Below, piece by piece: positions 13,088 to 27,297 of a stretch of 64,000 nucleotides of DNA. Source of the stretch: the human T2T-CHM13v2.0 reference genome, Homo sapiens. Where the stretch lies: assembly GCF_009914755.1 (NCBI RefSeq), contig NC_060928.1; one strand, written 5' to 3'. The notes beneath the pieces are model-generated. The model was not told where the DNA came from, did not search any database, and saw only the letters and a list, made by a program, of their open reading frames with translations. The position numbers and the translations under genes were made by a program. Positions within the stretch are counted from its first letter, which is position 1. Each line of letters begins with the position of its first letter.

Positions 13088-13478
13088 TTATATAGTTTGG
13101 ATGTTTGCCCACTCCAAATTGCATGTTGATATGTGATTCCCAATGTTGAATGTGGGGCCTAATGGGAGATGTTTGTGTCATTGGGACAGATCCCTTATGA
13201 ATGGTTTGGTGCTCTCCAGTGATAAGTTCATGTGAGAGCTGGTTGTTAAAAAAAGATTGGGACCTCCTTCTTCTCTCCCTTGCTCCTTCTCCTGCCACGT
13301 GACATGGCTGTTCCGCATTCCACTGTCTGCCATGATTTTAAGCTTCCTGAGGTTCTCACCAGAAGTAGATGCTGACGCTATGTTTCTTTTACAGTCTGCA
13401 GAACGATGAGCCAAAGTAAATCTCTTCTCTTTATAAACTGCTCAGCCTGAGGCATTCCTCTATAACAATGCAATACAC
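13088..13478 (+). mobile_element. MSTB-like MaLR solo LTR
   Basis: TATAGTTTGGATGTTTG...AAGCTTCCTGAGG...CACCAGAAGTAGATGCTG...AAATCTCTTCTCTTTATAAA. Confidence 0.88.
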
Positions 13479-13544
13479 TGTAAAACAGCAACTGTTTGGT
13501 ATCTGCTCCTTCTCCGCTTTTTCCCAGTAGCATGCCATTACTTT

Positions 13545-13834
13545 CTTTCTTTTTTTTTTTTTTTTTTTTTGAGATGGAGTCTAGCTCTGTCGCCCAGGCT
13601 GGAGTGCGGTGGTGCAATCTCGGCTCACTGCAAGGTCCGCCTTCCGAGTTCATGCCACTCTAGTAGCTGGGACTACAGGCGCCTGCCACCACACCTGGCT
13701 AATTTTTTGTATTTTTAGTGGAGATGGGGTTTCACTGTGTTAGCCAGGATGGTCTCAATATCCTGACCTCGTGATCTGCCAGCCTCAGCCTCCCAAAGTG
13801 CTGGGATTACAGGCGTGAGACACCGTGCCCGGCC
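13545..13834 (-). mobile_element. AluY-like with a small internal deletion
   Basis: CCTGACCTCGTGATC and TAGCCAGGATGGTCTC; 16-bp TSD AGCATGCCATTACTTT at 13529-13544 and 13835-13850. Confidence 0.93.
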
Positions 13835-13838
13835 AGCA

Positions 13839-13889
13839 TGCCATTACTTTTAATGGCAAAAATTGCAATTGCTTTTGCACCAACCTAAT
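13839..13889. mobile_element. MADE1 (Hsmar1-derived MITE), partial
   Basis: TGCCATTACTTTTAATGGCAAAAATTGCAATTGCTTTTGCACCAACCTAA. Confidence 0.88.
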
Positions 13890-14235
13890 AAATATGCTCA
13901 ATTTTTTTCTCATCTAAAAATAAACTTTTTGAACCCCTATTTTGGTTTCTAGATACTGATTTATTACTTTCTCTTCAAAGTTAAATTTTTGAATCAGTGT
14001 TTAAACTTACTTTTATTATATTTCTCTCTCAACTACAAGAAGTCTTTAGAAAGTAACCCGTTGTTCTCCCCAATGGAAAACATTTAAAACTTTATGTTTA
14101 AACACATTTGACAGTGTTGCTTACTCAGTAACTTTAAAATGCTCTTTGGATACAGCTTCTCAATCTCATGCTCATAAGCTTCTTTCTGGATTCTTCCCAT
14201 AAATATTGGTGTTGCTAGCTTCTGCTATAGTCCAT

Positions 14236-14236
14236 T

Positions 14237-14275
<39 letters not shown>

Positions 14276-14400
14276 TTCTTTTTAGAGACAAGGTCTTGCT
14301 CTGTCACCCTGGCTGGTCTTGAACTCCTGGCTTCAAGCAATTCATCCATCTCAGCCTCCTGAGTAGCTGGGATTACAGGTACAAGCCACTGCACCCAGCT
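14236..14400 (-). mobile_element. FLAM (Alu monomer) with (TTTA)n tail
   Basis: Single Alu arm: GGCTGGTCTTGAACTCCTGGCTTCAAGC. Confidence 0.85.
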
Positions 14401-14809
14401 GTTTTTTGTTTTGTTTTGTGTTTTCTCCTCACCATATAAGTTTAATTGCCTAGTTTAAGCTCCTACCGTCTTTCATCTTCAACACAGAACTATCTTGGTG
14501 TTAAGAAATCTATCTTTAACATTTGCTGATTGGCTGACTAATCACTGTATTATGAGTTATATCCATTATAATGTTTTTAACATGTTTATTTTACTCAATG
14601 GGGAATCTAGATGACTTGCTGCATGTGAAGAACAGTTCCTGGCACAGGGTTTGCTCCAAATAAATGTTGTCATCATCACCAGCACCATCATCGTCACCAT
14701 CATCATAAATGTAAACATAATAATAGCAAATACCTTACTGAGCTTAAATGTATGTTTAATTCAATGTATTTAAAATTAAATCCTTTATCTCTGCATTTTG
14801 CTCAAGCAT

Positions 14810-15730
14810 CGTGCTGTTCTTATTCACATCTAAACCAGGAGTCATCCCTGACTCCAGAATCACATTGATTCTATGTTTCTTTGTGGAATATTAATATTAA
14901 CCAGTTCTACCACCATTGCCAGAATCTATCTCATCTCAGTATCAGTAAGTGCTATCCAATCATACCTCACCTCAAATTCTATATAGTCCACCACTTGTCT
15001 CTTTTCCTTGGAATCTGTGTGACATTCCAAAACTCCAAACCAGATCATTATTCCTGCACTTTAAATTCTACTTTGTCTTTCCATACTCCTTAGGTTAGAC
15101 TCAAACTTCTTTATATATATATATTTTAATTATAGTTTAAGTTCTAGGGTACATGTGCACAACGTGCAGGTTTGTTACATCTGTATTCATGTGCCATGTT
15201 GGTGTGCTGCACTCATTAACTCGTCATTTACATTAGGTATATCTCCTAATGCTATCCCTCCCCCCTCTCCCCTCCTCCCTCCCCACAACAGGCCCTGGTG
15301 TGCGATGTTCGCTTTCCTGTGTCCAAGTGTTCTCATTGTTCATTACTGGGTATATACCCAAAGGAATATAAATCACGCTGCTATAAAGACACATGCACAC
15401 ATATGTTTATTGTGGCACTACTCACAATAGCAAAGACTTGGAACCAACCCAAATGTCCAACAAGCATAGACTGGATTAAGAAAATGTGGCACATATACAC
15501 CATGGAATACTATGCAGCCATAAAAAATGATGAGTTAATGTCCTTTGTAGGGACATGGATGAAGCTGGAAACCATCATTCTCAGCAAACTATTGCAAGGA
15601 CAAAAAACCAAACACCGCATGTTCTCACTCATAGATTAGACTCAAACTTCTTAACCTGGTTCAGAGGGTACTAAACAAACTAGCCCCTTCCTTATCTCTT
15701 ACATATCTTTTCCTCTGCCTGGAACTCATG
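14810..15730 (+). mobile_element. L2 fragment interrupted by the L1PA insertion
   Basis: AAACCAGGAGTCATCCCTGACTCC and AAACCAGATCATTATTCCTGCACTTTAAA; continues after the L1 TSD. Confidence 0.55.
15112..15635 (-). mobile_element. L1PA4/5-like 5'-truncated element with twin-priming inversion
   Basis: Minus 3'UTR at 15112-15342 and plus-oriented ORF2 end at 15343-15634; perfect 17-bp TSD TTAGACTCAAACTTCTT at 15095-15111 and 15636-15652. Confidence 0.95.
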
Positions 15731-15818
15731 GGATTCTTTGTTCTACTTCTGTCTCCCATTGCTGGAGGAATATTATTGAAAATGTGTTGGTTTAAATCTC
15801 CATTCAGCTTCTTACTAG

Positions 15819-16570
<752 letters not shown>

Positions 16571-16599
16571 AAGTAACAATAATTAGAAAATTTCTTAAA

Positions 16600-16780
16600 T
16601 ATTTCAATCTGAAATTCTGGCTTCAGTTATGGAACTTTATATTATTTTAATTGAGCAAGTATTTTAATTTTCATGGTGTCCAATGATTGTATGTATAAAA
16701 ATAAGAAATGCTGCTTATTTGTAAAAAAGTTGTTGGACAAATAATATGAAGAGAGTATGTAAAATGTAATGGCTAATAAT
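16600..16780 (+). mobile_element. MIR fragment
   Basis: TGAAATTCTGGCTTCAG...TTGAGCAAGTATTTTAA. Confidence 0.5.
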
Positions 16781-17035
16781 AATAACAATACTTTTTAAAT
16801 GATTACTGTGTCCCAGGCACTGTGTTTCACATTTATGGATTATATTATTTAAGACTTACAATAACCCTATGAGGAAAGCATTATCAATATTACATTTTTC
16901 CTCCAATGTTTTTATGTTAGAAAAAACAGTGAAGCATAGACAGTTTTTGCAAGAGGCCCAAGATCATACATCAAATATGTGCACAGCCAGGACCTGAACC
17001 AGTTGATATCTACAAATGCCTGGCTTTTGCCACTG
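16775..17035 (-). mobile_element. MIR
   Basis: TACTGTGTCCCAGGCACTGTG...ACAATAACCCTATGAGG...CCCAAGATCATAC...GCCAGGACCTGAACC. Confidence 0.75.
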
Positions 17036-18520
17036 GGCTCCTTCAGGTATATCTAACTTTTACACTCTAAGTTTGTTTCTGCTGTTTTGTTGTTGTTGTG
17101 TATGTATATATAAAATACTATTTAAAAGTAAAAACGTTTTGTATTTTTGCTTAGGCTTTATGGATGAGAGAACAAAATTATTACAATAATAAATAATCAA
17201 AACAACTAATGCCAAAAGGTTTATGTATTCAAGGAGGTCACTATGCACTATTCTTTTTTCTGAAAATTACATCCAAAAGTCTACTTAATAACCAAACATT
17301 TAAGCATTTTCAAAATAAACTCATTAACATTAATTTTTCTAACAGAAGAAATTTTCTGCATGAAAACATCATCTTTAGGTAGTCAAAAGCAATTTTATTA
17401 TAAAATTATATGTGTACCTTCAAGGGAAATCAAAATGAATTCTGAATATTTTAGTAATTTCAATAGCTCTGCATATCTAAATTTTTATTCATGAAATGGT
17501 TTTATACTTTTAGGTTATTTCATAAGATGAATACATAACTGAGTTGCAGATGGCCAAAAAATACCTTTATATTATTTCTGATATATTGCATTTGAAATTT
17601 TGTATTTCTATGGTATACATATTTATGTAACACTTAACATAATATTTGATATTATAAAAGAAATAGAAATTCCTCAGGTTTCCCATATATGCATAATTTA
17701 CAGCAGTATATTTCCACATAGGAAAAACTGTGCTTAATCATTGTTTATTTAATCATATCACTTTGATTAAAACTTATATTTTGAATTTGTATTTTTACCC
17801 ATTTTAATTCACCACATATCCCTTCTTTTTAACAAGCACATTAAGAAAAATAGAGGCAGAAATACTGTCACGTTCCAAAGTCACAAGACTAATTAGTAAA
17901 TACAGAGGTAACACCTCACAGACATTACACTGCTAGACTTTTGCACAACTCACTCATCCACACTCCTTTTTTCACCTTTTAAAATATGTAGAGATAAGTC
18001 ATCTAATATGATACTGGGCTTTATTTTGATGGATCTAACCAATTAGACTCACTCTATCAAAAAAAAATCCAATAATGTGCATAATAAATTCTTCTCATTC
18101 TCTGTGCACCTGTTCTCTCTCATTATGTCTAAAACTTGGGATTACTCCAAAGTGTTCCATAATGACTTTTTATAAGCACAGCAAGTAGGAGAAATTCTTC
18201 AAGGACAGAGTGAATTGGTATTTGAAGTTGTGCTAACTACCTAGGTAGGAGGGAAGTGATAACAAAAGAAAGACCATGAGGCACATATCATTTGGAGGTA
18301 GGACGATTTATGGGATAAAGAATCATGCCACCAGTGATGAAAGGTACAAAAATCCTAAGCAGTCCCAGTTTCTCAGTTTTGTAAACATTAGCGCATATTT
18401 TCAATTAATGTTTTTTTTCCTGTATTCAGTTTTCGGAAAATGTTTAAGCAACACAGTCTTGTTTTTGTCTTTTGTTTTATACATATTGGAAGATACTTAA
18501 AAGAGTGATTAAAAGAGTGA

Positions 18521-18977
<457 letters not shown>

Positions 18978-19424
18978 TAGGTAAACAATAGCTAAGTTTC
19001 CCTCTACAAAATTAAATCATGAAATGAGACTAAGGCTATATGGGAGTAAAACTTGACTAACCCCTTCCTTTTTAAAAAGTCTGGTACTAGCTGGGCTTCA
19101 AATAGTTATCTTAACTGCTTCCAGTCACTTTTGAAATATATAGATTACCACTTTAATATGCTGACTTTACCTGATACAAGATTATGACACATACTATTTT
19201 ATATTATAACAATTATAAATAATCAATTGTTGATTTTCTGTGGTGGAGCTCTGGATTAATTGAGGTAGAGAAAAGGACATGTAGAATTTAAATCTATAGC
19301 TAATCATCCAAATCTTCTTCAGAAGACTATAAACATACAAATTTAAGACAAAACTATAGCAAACAGAATTAGCCTAGGAAAGCAAGAGGAGTCCCCTAAG
19401 ATACATTCTGGAGTATGAACTTCT

Positions 19425-19537
19425 ATTTCTCCCTCCTTCTTTCTCTCCTTCCCTTGCTCTTTCCTTCCCTACATCCCTTCCTTCCTCCTTCTCTCCTTCC
19501 TTCCCTCCCTGTCTTCCTTCCTTCCTTTCTCCTTTTC
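19425..19537. repeat. Polypyrimidine (CCTT-rich) tract
   Basis: seen directly. Confidence 0.85.
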
Positions 19538-19676
19538 AAATGAACGTGATGGATCTATTTTTAAGACAATGTCATTCTAAAAATATCACTGTCATTTGTG
19601 GATTAATGAACCAAATTACAGGAAATTAATTGCTTATTAATATCCAATCAGCCTGACCCATAAGTGAAAGTGACTC

Positions 19677-19758
19677 TTTATATAACCAATATTTTATAAT
19701 GGCATAAACCAATATTATACCAATATTTTATACCATTATAAAATATTGGTTATATAAA
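19677..19758. repeat. AT-rich inverted repeat: 32-bp arms, 1 mismatch, 18-nt loop
   Basis: TTTATATAACCAATATTTTATAATGGCATAAA ... TTTATACCATTATAAAATATTGGTTATATAAA. Confidence 0.92.
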
Positions 19759-20549
19759 TAACTTCAGAATAGTTTTGGCTTAAATCAAGTTTTATTCTCT
19801 CCTGTTACGTTCTCTTCTTTTTATTTATTATGACACCACTATGATTGAACTAATATACTATTAATCAAAATTCTAAGAGTTGGCTTTTAGCAGAGATAAT
19901 ATATCCTTCAATGAGGGCTAATAAAATAATAATAGGTGATATTTATTGATAATTTACTTTATGCTGGACACTGTATCAATCATGTTAAATGTTATATCAC
20001 TTTAAGCACTGAAACCGAGGTGTTTAAAAGGAAGAGAAAAAAATGAAAGCAGAAAAAATAATTTTGAAGTTAATAGAAGAAAATGTAGTGGAAGGTTTAT
20101 CTTATTCAGAATTTTGATGAGATCATGTTTTTATTTGCCCTTACCCTTAGTATTAAGTAGTGCACATTTCTTTCCTTCGAACTAAATTCTATGAATTGAA
20201 AATAACTTCTAGACTTTAACTGATAGGAAAGTCCTACCTCAGAATACTTCAACAGCTCTCTTTGAAAATTGGCTCTCTTTGTTTAATGTCAGCATTTTGT
20301 GAGGCTGCTCAGTTCCTACAGTGACAGAAATTTTAGGAAGAAAATAGCCTCAAAGAAATAATAAGCTGTTGAATTCTCACTCAACAAGTCTGAGCCTGTT
20401 TCAGTTTTCTAAATTAGGGGAAAAACTGCCAATGATATTAAAAAATATTGTATGTGTCAAGATTTGAAGTTTTAATTCAGATTTTTCTTCCTAAGTCGTG
20501 CTGGTGATTGCTGGGAAGAGATGGAGATAAGCAGCCTTGACTCACTCCG

Positions 20550-20720
20550 GGTGAGTTAAGAGTGAGTGTGCTTGCGAAAGACCTGAGATCAAATTAAGGC
20601 TCTACAACTTACACATTCTGAAAGCTAAGGCAACTTCCTAAAAGTTCTTTGAGCCTCAGCCTGTAAAATTTTAACTAAAATTGAATTAATGATAAATTAT
20701 TCACAAAATTGTGGGTAAAA
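20550..20720 (+). mobile_element. MIR fragment
   Basis: GTTAAGAG...AGACCTGAGATCAAAT...GGCTCTACAACTTAC...TGAGCCTCAG. Confidence 0.65.
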
Positions 20721-21440
20721 AAGCACTTTGCACATTTATGTCCTAGATAAACATCTGTGCCTTCCATTATCTGTGCAATTCTAAGGAAATCACTTAAACT
20801 TTTAATAAACAGGAACAATAATAGTATATTTGTTTCAAAGCAGTTTTGTAGACCAGATACTTACTTTGAGATTTATTTAATCCAATCTTAGAGACAGTTA
20901 TATGAACTCAAATGGAAATTCTGACTTCATAGGTATGAGTTGGGGTCTTTCTAATAATTGCCATATCAACATTCCTGAAGAACATGTATAACAACCGGGG
21001 TTCTATGTTCTGAGTGAGAGATGAACTTTAGTTAAATAAGCAGCAGGATTTAGGTGTACTAAGAATCAGGGGTAGAAAAATAGGGCAGTCTATTTTGATG
21101 AGGTAGGTAGTAGGTTTGGCTTTGTAGGCAGACACAGCTGATGCTCTTTACCACTAATAACCCAGCCAGACTCACAGGGCCACTAACACAATTGGGCATA
21201 ATTAACACTTTCTCTGCAGAGTTAATGATTTCTCAAATAGCCTGTAATTGTTCATTATTTCCTTTCATTTCAATATCCTTGAATAAAACACTGGTCATCT
21301 AAGGAGAGTGTACAAAGTAAAGTTTCCCTAGTTGCATTACAGATCCTGATTCTACCAAGATCATATAATGGTAGATTCTCTCAGAATATGAGATATTCTT
21401 ATATATGCTGGAGTAAAAACTGCATATAACTGTAGAGTAT

Positions 21441-22300
21441 ATTCATTCTTTCAATCAGAAAAACACTCAACTGCCAGTGTTTTAGGCATTGGTGAAATAG
21501 TCAAATAGAAAGCAAACACTTTTGTCCTCAAAGTTTATGTGTTATGAAGGATAAGAGAGTAAACAAATAAATTAATAAATATAAAATTATGACAATAGCA
21601 ATAAGTGCCTTGAAGTATAAATATCAGGATAAAGATGGTGAAGAGAGTGACAAAAGAAATACTTTTGACTGGATAACATAGCATGCATTGAAAAAATTAA
21701 TGGAAAAATTTAACTGAGCAAAAATGAATAAATTGAGATGGCAAACACTTGGAAAAAACTGATTTGGTTAGTAAAATTAATATTTCTGTTTTGAGATTAT
21801 TTTTCATTCAATGGAATTAAATATATGTATCTTGATTTAAGTGGAGAGATCTGGGCTATTAATGCATTTTGGAAAATCATCAGCAGTCAAATGAAATTTG
21901 AGAACTGAGTGTAAATAAACAAAACAAGTTTAGTCCATAGTCTGAGCCATTCGGCATCTTAATATTGGGAGGTAAGAAAGAGGAATAATAAAAGAATACT
22001 GAAAAATACTCTGGAAGACTCTGCAAGCGTGGATTCTTAGAAACCAGGAGCAGAGTGTTTCAAGAGGGAAATCTGAAAAACCATTGACAATGATAACAGC
22101 TGAAATGCAGGAAGACTCAGAACTGATATCGATCAGAATAGTTCCTGTGGAGGAATAGGCACAAACAACTCACTGGTATGGATTCAAGAAAGAATGGGAG
22201 GCAAGAATATGCAAGCAGTGAGGATAGACATCTCTTTCAAGAAGTGCTTCAATACTTTTTCAATAAAGAGAAGTAGGGAAATTAGGCAACATCTAGAGAG
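21441..22300 (-). mobile_element. L2, degenerate and fragmented
   Basis: ATTCATTCTTTCAA...TGCCAGTGTTTTAGGCATTGG; GAGAGATCTGGGCT; GATTCAAGAAAGAATGGGAGG; GACATCTCTTTCAAGAAG. Confidence 0.7.
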
Positions 22301-23043
22301 TTTTGAAAGAGTATAACTGAATAAGTAACTTCCTCAGAGTCTTAATGATTATATAAAGCCAACACTAAAAGTTAAATACATCCGAAAGATGTTAAACAAG
22401 GTATGCCCTGGCTTGAACTATCATCAAATGACTTCATGATCTACATTTACACTGTTCCCATATACAGCGTATGATCATTTCACTTTCTAGTTTATATCTA
22501 ATTTGTATTGTCTGGCAAAAGATTGTATATTTTAGGTGTCCTTTACTTTGTGTTTATTCTTATTATCCTAGACAACAAAATTAAGCTTTCATCACACATT
22601 AGAGTAACTAATTACAAGACAAGACAGAGAGATAATGTCACTGGGACATCATTGCTTTGTGAGGCCTAGGGTCTTTACCAAGTGATCTGTTCCTGAACTC
22701 AATGGTGTAGGCATTTTATAAATAAATTTGAAAGGAAAAAGGCCTTACTAGTCCTTTATAAGGAGTCAGAACAGTGGCTGTTAAACCCAGGAAAGCTCAG
22801 AATCTACTATTCTATTTGAGTTTATTCTATTGGAGGTCAGAGTGACATTCAGGTTTGTTTGGCAGCTATTGCTCCCCCAGAAAGACAAAGGTATTTTTTT
22901 TTTGTTTGGCTGACTGATTGGTTTTACTTCTCCCACAAAATTAAAAGAGATTGATTATTTTGGTCATTTTCCATTTATTAATTTTTATTTATTCTGTACC
23001 AGTATATTCTCACAATGTGGGCTGGCTGCCATGAATAAAAATA

Positions 23044-23346
23044 CAGTTGACCCTTCAACAACATGGGTTTACACTGCATGAGTCCACTTACACGCAGAAT
23101 TTTTTTCAGTAAATACAGCCAGTCCTCTGTATCTAAGGATTTCACATCTGCAACCAAATGCAGATCAAAACTATAGTATTTGTGGGATGTAAACACCATA
23201 TATACAGAGGCCGAATATGTTTTTCATATAGGTGGATTTTCATACAGGGGGGTTTTACCCAGTCAACTGCAGGATTTGAGTATCCAGATTTTGGTATAAT
23301 CAGGACGTCCCGAAACTAAACCCTGGCAAATACTGAGGGACAACTG
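23044..23346 (+). mobile_element. Tigger2-derived MITE (MER8/Tigger2a-type)
   Basis: TIRs CAGTTGACCCT ... AGGGACAACTG with TA on both sides. Confidence 0.88.
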
Positions 23347-23881
23347 TATATCCCACAACATGGCAAATCAATATTTCAGTTGAAAAAAATTATTACTATA
23401 GATATGAGATCTTAAAATATCCTCATTCTTATCTGAACAATAAAAAAGTCCTCTTTAGCTATTTCTGTATTCACATTACTTGACATCTTAATCATTAGCA
23501 AAGGGGAGATAATCTCAATATCACATCCCAAACCAATGCAACCTTCTAAGTTAATATGCAAGATGGTCAACCTAACAGAGACCACAAAAGCTAATGATTG
23601 TGTTGTCTGAATGAAAGTCAAACAATGACTTAATTTGGTGTACCATTGACGATGCCTTCTTGCATATTAAGTACTTTTTGTTTCTACTTTTCCTTATAGA
23701 TGAAAAAAATTCCTCTTCCTTTTTGCCTCACTTTGTTTGGAGAAGACAAAATTTTCTTTCATTTATTGACACATTTTATTTTTTTCTGAAGAATGTCATG
23801 GAACTGGAATATCACTTGAAAGAACATGAGTACTCTGTGGATAACGTGTTCTCCCACTGCATACATTATTTCAAACAACTG

Positions 23882-24179
23882 TTTATTTTATTTTATTTTT
23901 GAGACAGGGTCTCACTCTGTCACCCAGGCTGGAGTGCAGTGGTGCAATCTCGGCTCACTGCAACCTCTGCCTCCTGGGTTCAAGTGATTCTCATGCCTCA
24001 GCCTCCCGAGCAGCTGGGCTACAGATGTCTGCCATGACCCCGGCTAATTTTTGTATTTTTAGTAAAGACAGGGTTTCGCCATATTGGTCAGGCTGGTCTC
24101 AAACTCCTGACATCAAGGGATCCACCCACCTCGGCCTCCAAAGTGCTGAGATTACAGGTGTGAGCCACCAAGCCCAGCC
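23882..24179 (-). mobile_element. Alu (Jb/Sz-like)
   Basis: Dimeric antisense Alu with (TTTTA)n tail; degenerate TSD AAACAA. Confidence 0.93.
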
Positions 24180-25606
24180 AAACAATTCTTTCTTAGTTTC
24201 CTCTCTTGTTTGCCCTTCTGAATCTGCTCACTATTTTTTTAGTGCCCTTATTTGTAGAGATTTTAATTTAGAATATATCCATATTTTTGACTGTCCCTAC
24301 TCACAAGCCATCACTTTTGATTTTTTGAAATATAGTCTCTCGATTCTTAATTATACCTTTGCTCTGGATGCTGTTCACCATTATGCATCAAGAGCCCACC
24401 CAGGCACCTTTCAGGAACCACCTATAAACTCTACAGTCTCAGCTTCTATGAAAAGCCTGGGTTCTCTCTTTCTCTGAAAGAATACTTTACGATACTAGTC
24501 AAAGTTATTTCTATTATGAGTGATACTTCCCTATTTTATTCCTTATATATGAAATTAGAAGTGTATAATAAGTCAGAGAAATTATTTAATATCTGTGAAC
24601 ATATGTTTCCATCAGTTTTTGTGTGTATGCATATCTGAAATGGAATAAAAGAGAAAATATTGCCAAATGTCCATATTTTTCTTCCATTTTTCCATCTGTT
24701 TCTAAATACTTCTTGCTAACCAACTCATGGGAATTTCCTCAGACTATATTCTTTTTTATCAGCAATTTTGTATGTTAATAAACACAAGGAGTAAAAAAAA
24801 AACATTCAAGCCATATGCTGGAAATTCATGTTCACTGAATCTTCAATTTTGTGGTATAATGATTCTAATCAAAAGTTCTGTAAGGGTCAGTAGATAACAA
24901 TGCAAAATAAAATCCACGTAGCTTAGATACTCACCGAAGGAGTACCATTTATTAATATTTAGAAAATCATCACTGAATCAACAGTTCATTTCTTAAATAG
25001 GACTAGGGTATTGTACAACACAGAACTTACATATATTTATTATTTTGTAATTCTGTCACATTCCCTCCTTTGACCTACTTTCCCAAATTTATTTTAACTC
25101 ACATGAGAACATGTCAAGCCAGAGATGGATATCCTCCTATTCAAATATTTTTAAAAATATATTGAGGGGATCCTGTGGGTCTAGAAATAATTTCCACATT
25201 AGTACCTAGAAGTGATAACATTTTATGGAATGCATATAAAATTATTATAGAAATGCCTATATTCTGCTGATTTCCCAAATGCAGCAGGAAGTTAAACTGA
25301 ATGAACATCGGTCATCATTTATACATTAATTCTGCATTGGTTGTAACCTGGGGATTGTCATGCTGGATCAGACTTGTGGTAAATTAAGGGATGAGCCCTC
25401 TTTATATAATTGAATTGCTCATTCAGCATCTATTTCTTGGCACTTGCAAAAGTCCAGGATCTGTTTTGAGCAATGAAGAAATAGCAATGAACGAAATTGA
25501 GAGTGCCTGAATTATCCACCATAAACTCAGTACCGATACTGAAACTAAAATATATATGAGGTTATTTTCATATATATTTTCATAGTGATTTATGACTATC
25601 AGTCTT

Positions 25607-25665
25607 ACACACACACACACACACACAAATATATGTATATGTATATACATATATAATTATATATC
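25607..25665. repeat. (CA)n/(TA)n microsatellite
   Basis: seen directly. Confidence 0.8.
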
Positions 25666-26199
25666 ACTAAATAATTATATAGTGATCTCATGAAATGGTG
25701 GTTATTATTATAATACTTGTTACCTTAGAGTAGTAAATGCCATAAATACTCATTTTATGGGTAAGCTCTTGCATCGAGTTCTTTTAAGTGTGCATCATTG
25801 AAGTTATACATATTGTTCTTATCCTAATATGTAATTATTTGATGAACATATAATAATACAAACAGTATTTCTGCCAAGCATGATGTCATGAATATGTTTA
25901 AGATTTCTTGAAATATGTCAAAGCATCTAATACATGACTTGGCTAATATTTCTTTACAAATTTTGCTTTTCAAATTGAACATAGCATCGATATTTTAAGT
26001 TAAACAACATATTAAGCTAATATTGTAAAAGAAGACTCTTCTGTGTTCTCCGATTACTTGCCTTTGTTACAGACTATGATTGTGAAAACTTTATTTTATA
26101 TATATATAAAATATATGTCACAAAATGGTACATCTATTTTAGATGACTGCTGTCTTCACAGTTTTCTGATAATTTTATATGTTCTATTTCTCAGTGCAT

Positions 26200-26531
26200 C
26201 CTGAGCTCTCACTCCTGCTTGCCTTTGCCCATAGTACTTCCTCTGCCTACAATGCTCTTTTTTCTTTGTTAAAATTTTCCTCATCTTTCAAGATTCATAT
26301 CAGTGATTCTCTTTTCCATAAAATAGGTACTGATTTTTGCTTTCTATATCCCAGTCTCTGTGCAAAGCACGTTAACTTTCAACATTTTACTTTATAATGA
26401 ATTTTGTCATCCCAGTTATACAAATGAGACATAGAAGCTCAAAAGAATCTTTAACTTCTCTAAAGGTTAGCAGATGGTTAAGCTGGGAATTGACACCATG
26501 CTATCTGGCTACAAAGTGACTGTGCATATTC

Positions 26532-26566
<35 letters not shown>

Positions 26567-26720
26567 ATATATTATTTCAATTTCTGGATATCTATTGTAT
26601 GTGATTATCACCACTACTAAGCTATAAGATTCTGGAGAAGCAAAACTACTGTATTTTATTCTCATCATTTCTTGTTATCAGCTGACATTCCATAAATATT
26701 AATTGATAAAGGGATGAATG
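26200..26720 (+). mobile_element. L2 3' region with a nested antisense MIR (~26405-26520) and a (TA)n run
   Basis: GCCTTTGCCCATAGTACTTCCTCTGCCTACAATGCTC (L2); CCCAGTTATACAAATGAGACATAGAAGCTC (MIR); CTAAGCTATAAG...ATAAATATTAATTGA. Confidence 0.65.
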
Positions 26721-27179
26721 GAAACATTAATGACTAAAATTTTACTGCATTCCATGGCAGTACTTATTATTTTAAACAGCTTTTCTATTGAAAACCTGTT
26801 ACTTATGTGAAATTAAATTTAAGCTCCTCCTAATGTTCCACTTTCCTCCTAGTTAAATTCCTTGGTGGCCTTTAGTATACATTTAATTCATTTCCCTTCT
26901 CATGTTTAAAAGCAACTCTTATTACAGAGCAAATCTCCCGATTTCCTTTTGTCGTTATTCATATGCAATACATTTATTGTATGGTCTTTGCCATTCTTCT
27001 TTATTAAAACTTGATTTGATTCAACATAATCAAAACACTATTTAATGATCATTAGCTATTTTTCAGTCTAATTGTGAATAGAAGATTCCCATGAAATAGC
27101 AGATTGACTTGGAAAAAGCAGTGATATCTCACTTATTCTAGAGGTCTGTCTTCATTATGGCATCCTAATATTAGGTTTC

Positions 27180-27297
27180 TTTTCTCTCCTCTTCTATTTT
27201 TCTTTTCTCCACTAATTTTCCCCCTCCTCACCCTCTTTCTCTTCCTCCTCTTCCTCTGTTTCCCTTCTTCTTTCTCCTCCTCTTTCTTCTTTTTTAA
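27180..27297. repeat. Polypyrimidine (CT-rich) tract
   Basis: seen directly. Confidence 0.8.

Noticed and set aside
15298-15639. 113-aa ORF
   Set aside because: L1 ORF2 end within the inverted L1 segment
22620-22900. Possible old LTR fragment
   Set aside because: Too degenerate to assign without a search
23899-24477. 192-aa ORF
   Set aside because: Antisense Alu read-through into flank; the same applies to ORFs at 9982, 11047, 15834, 18594, 55151 and 60329
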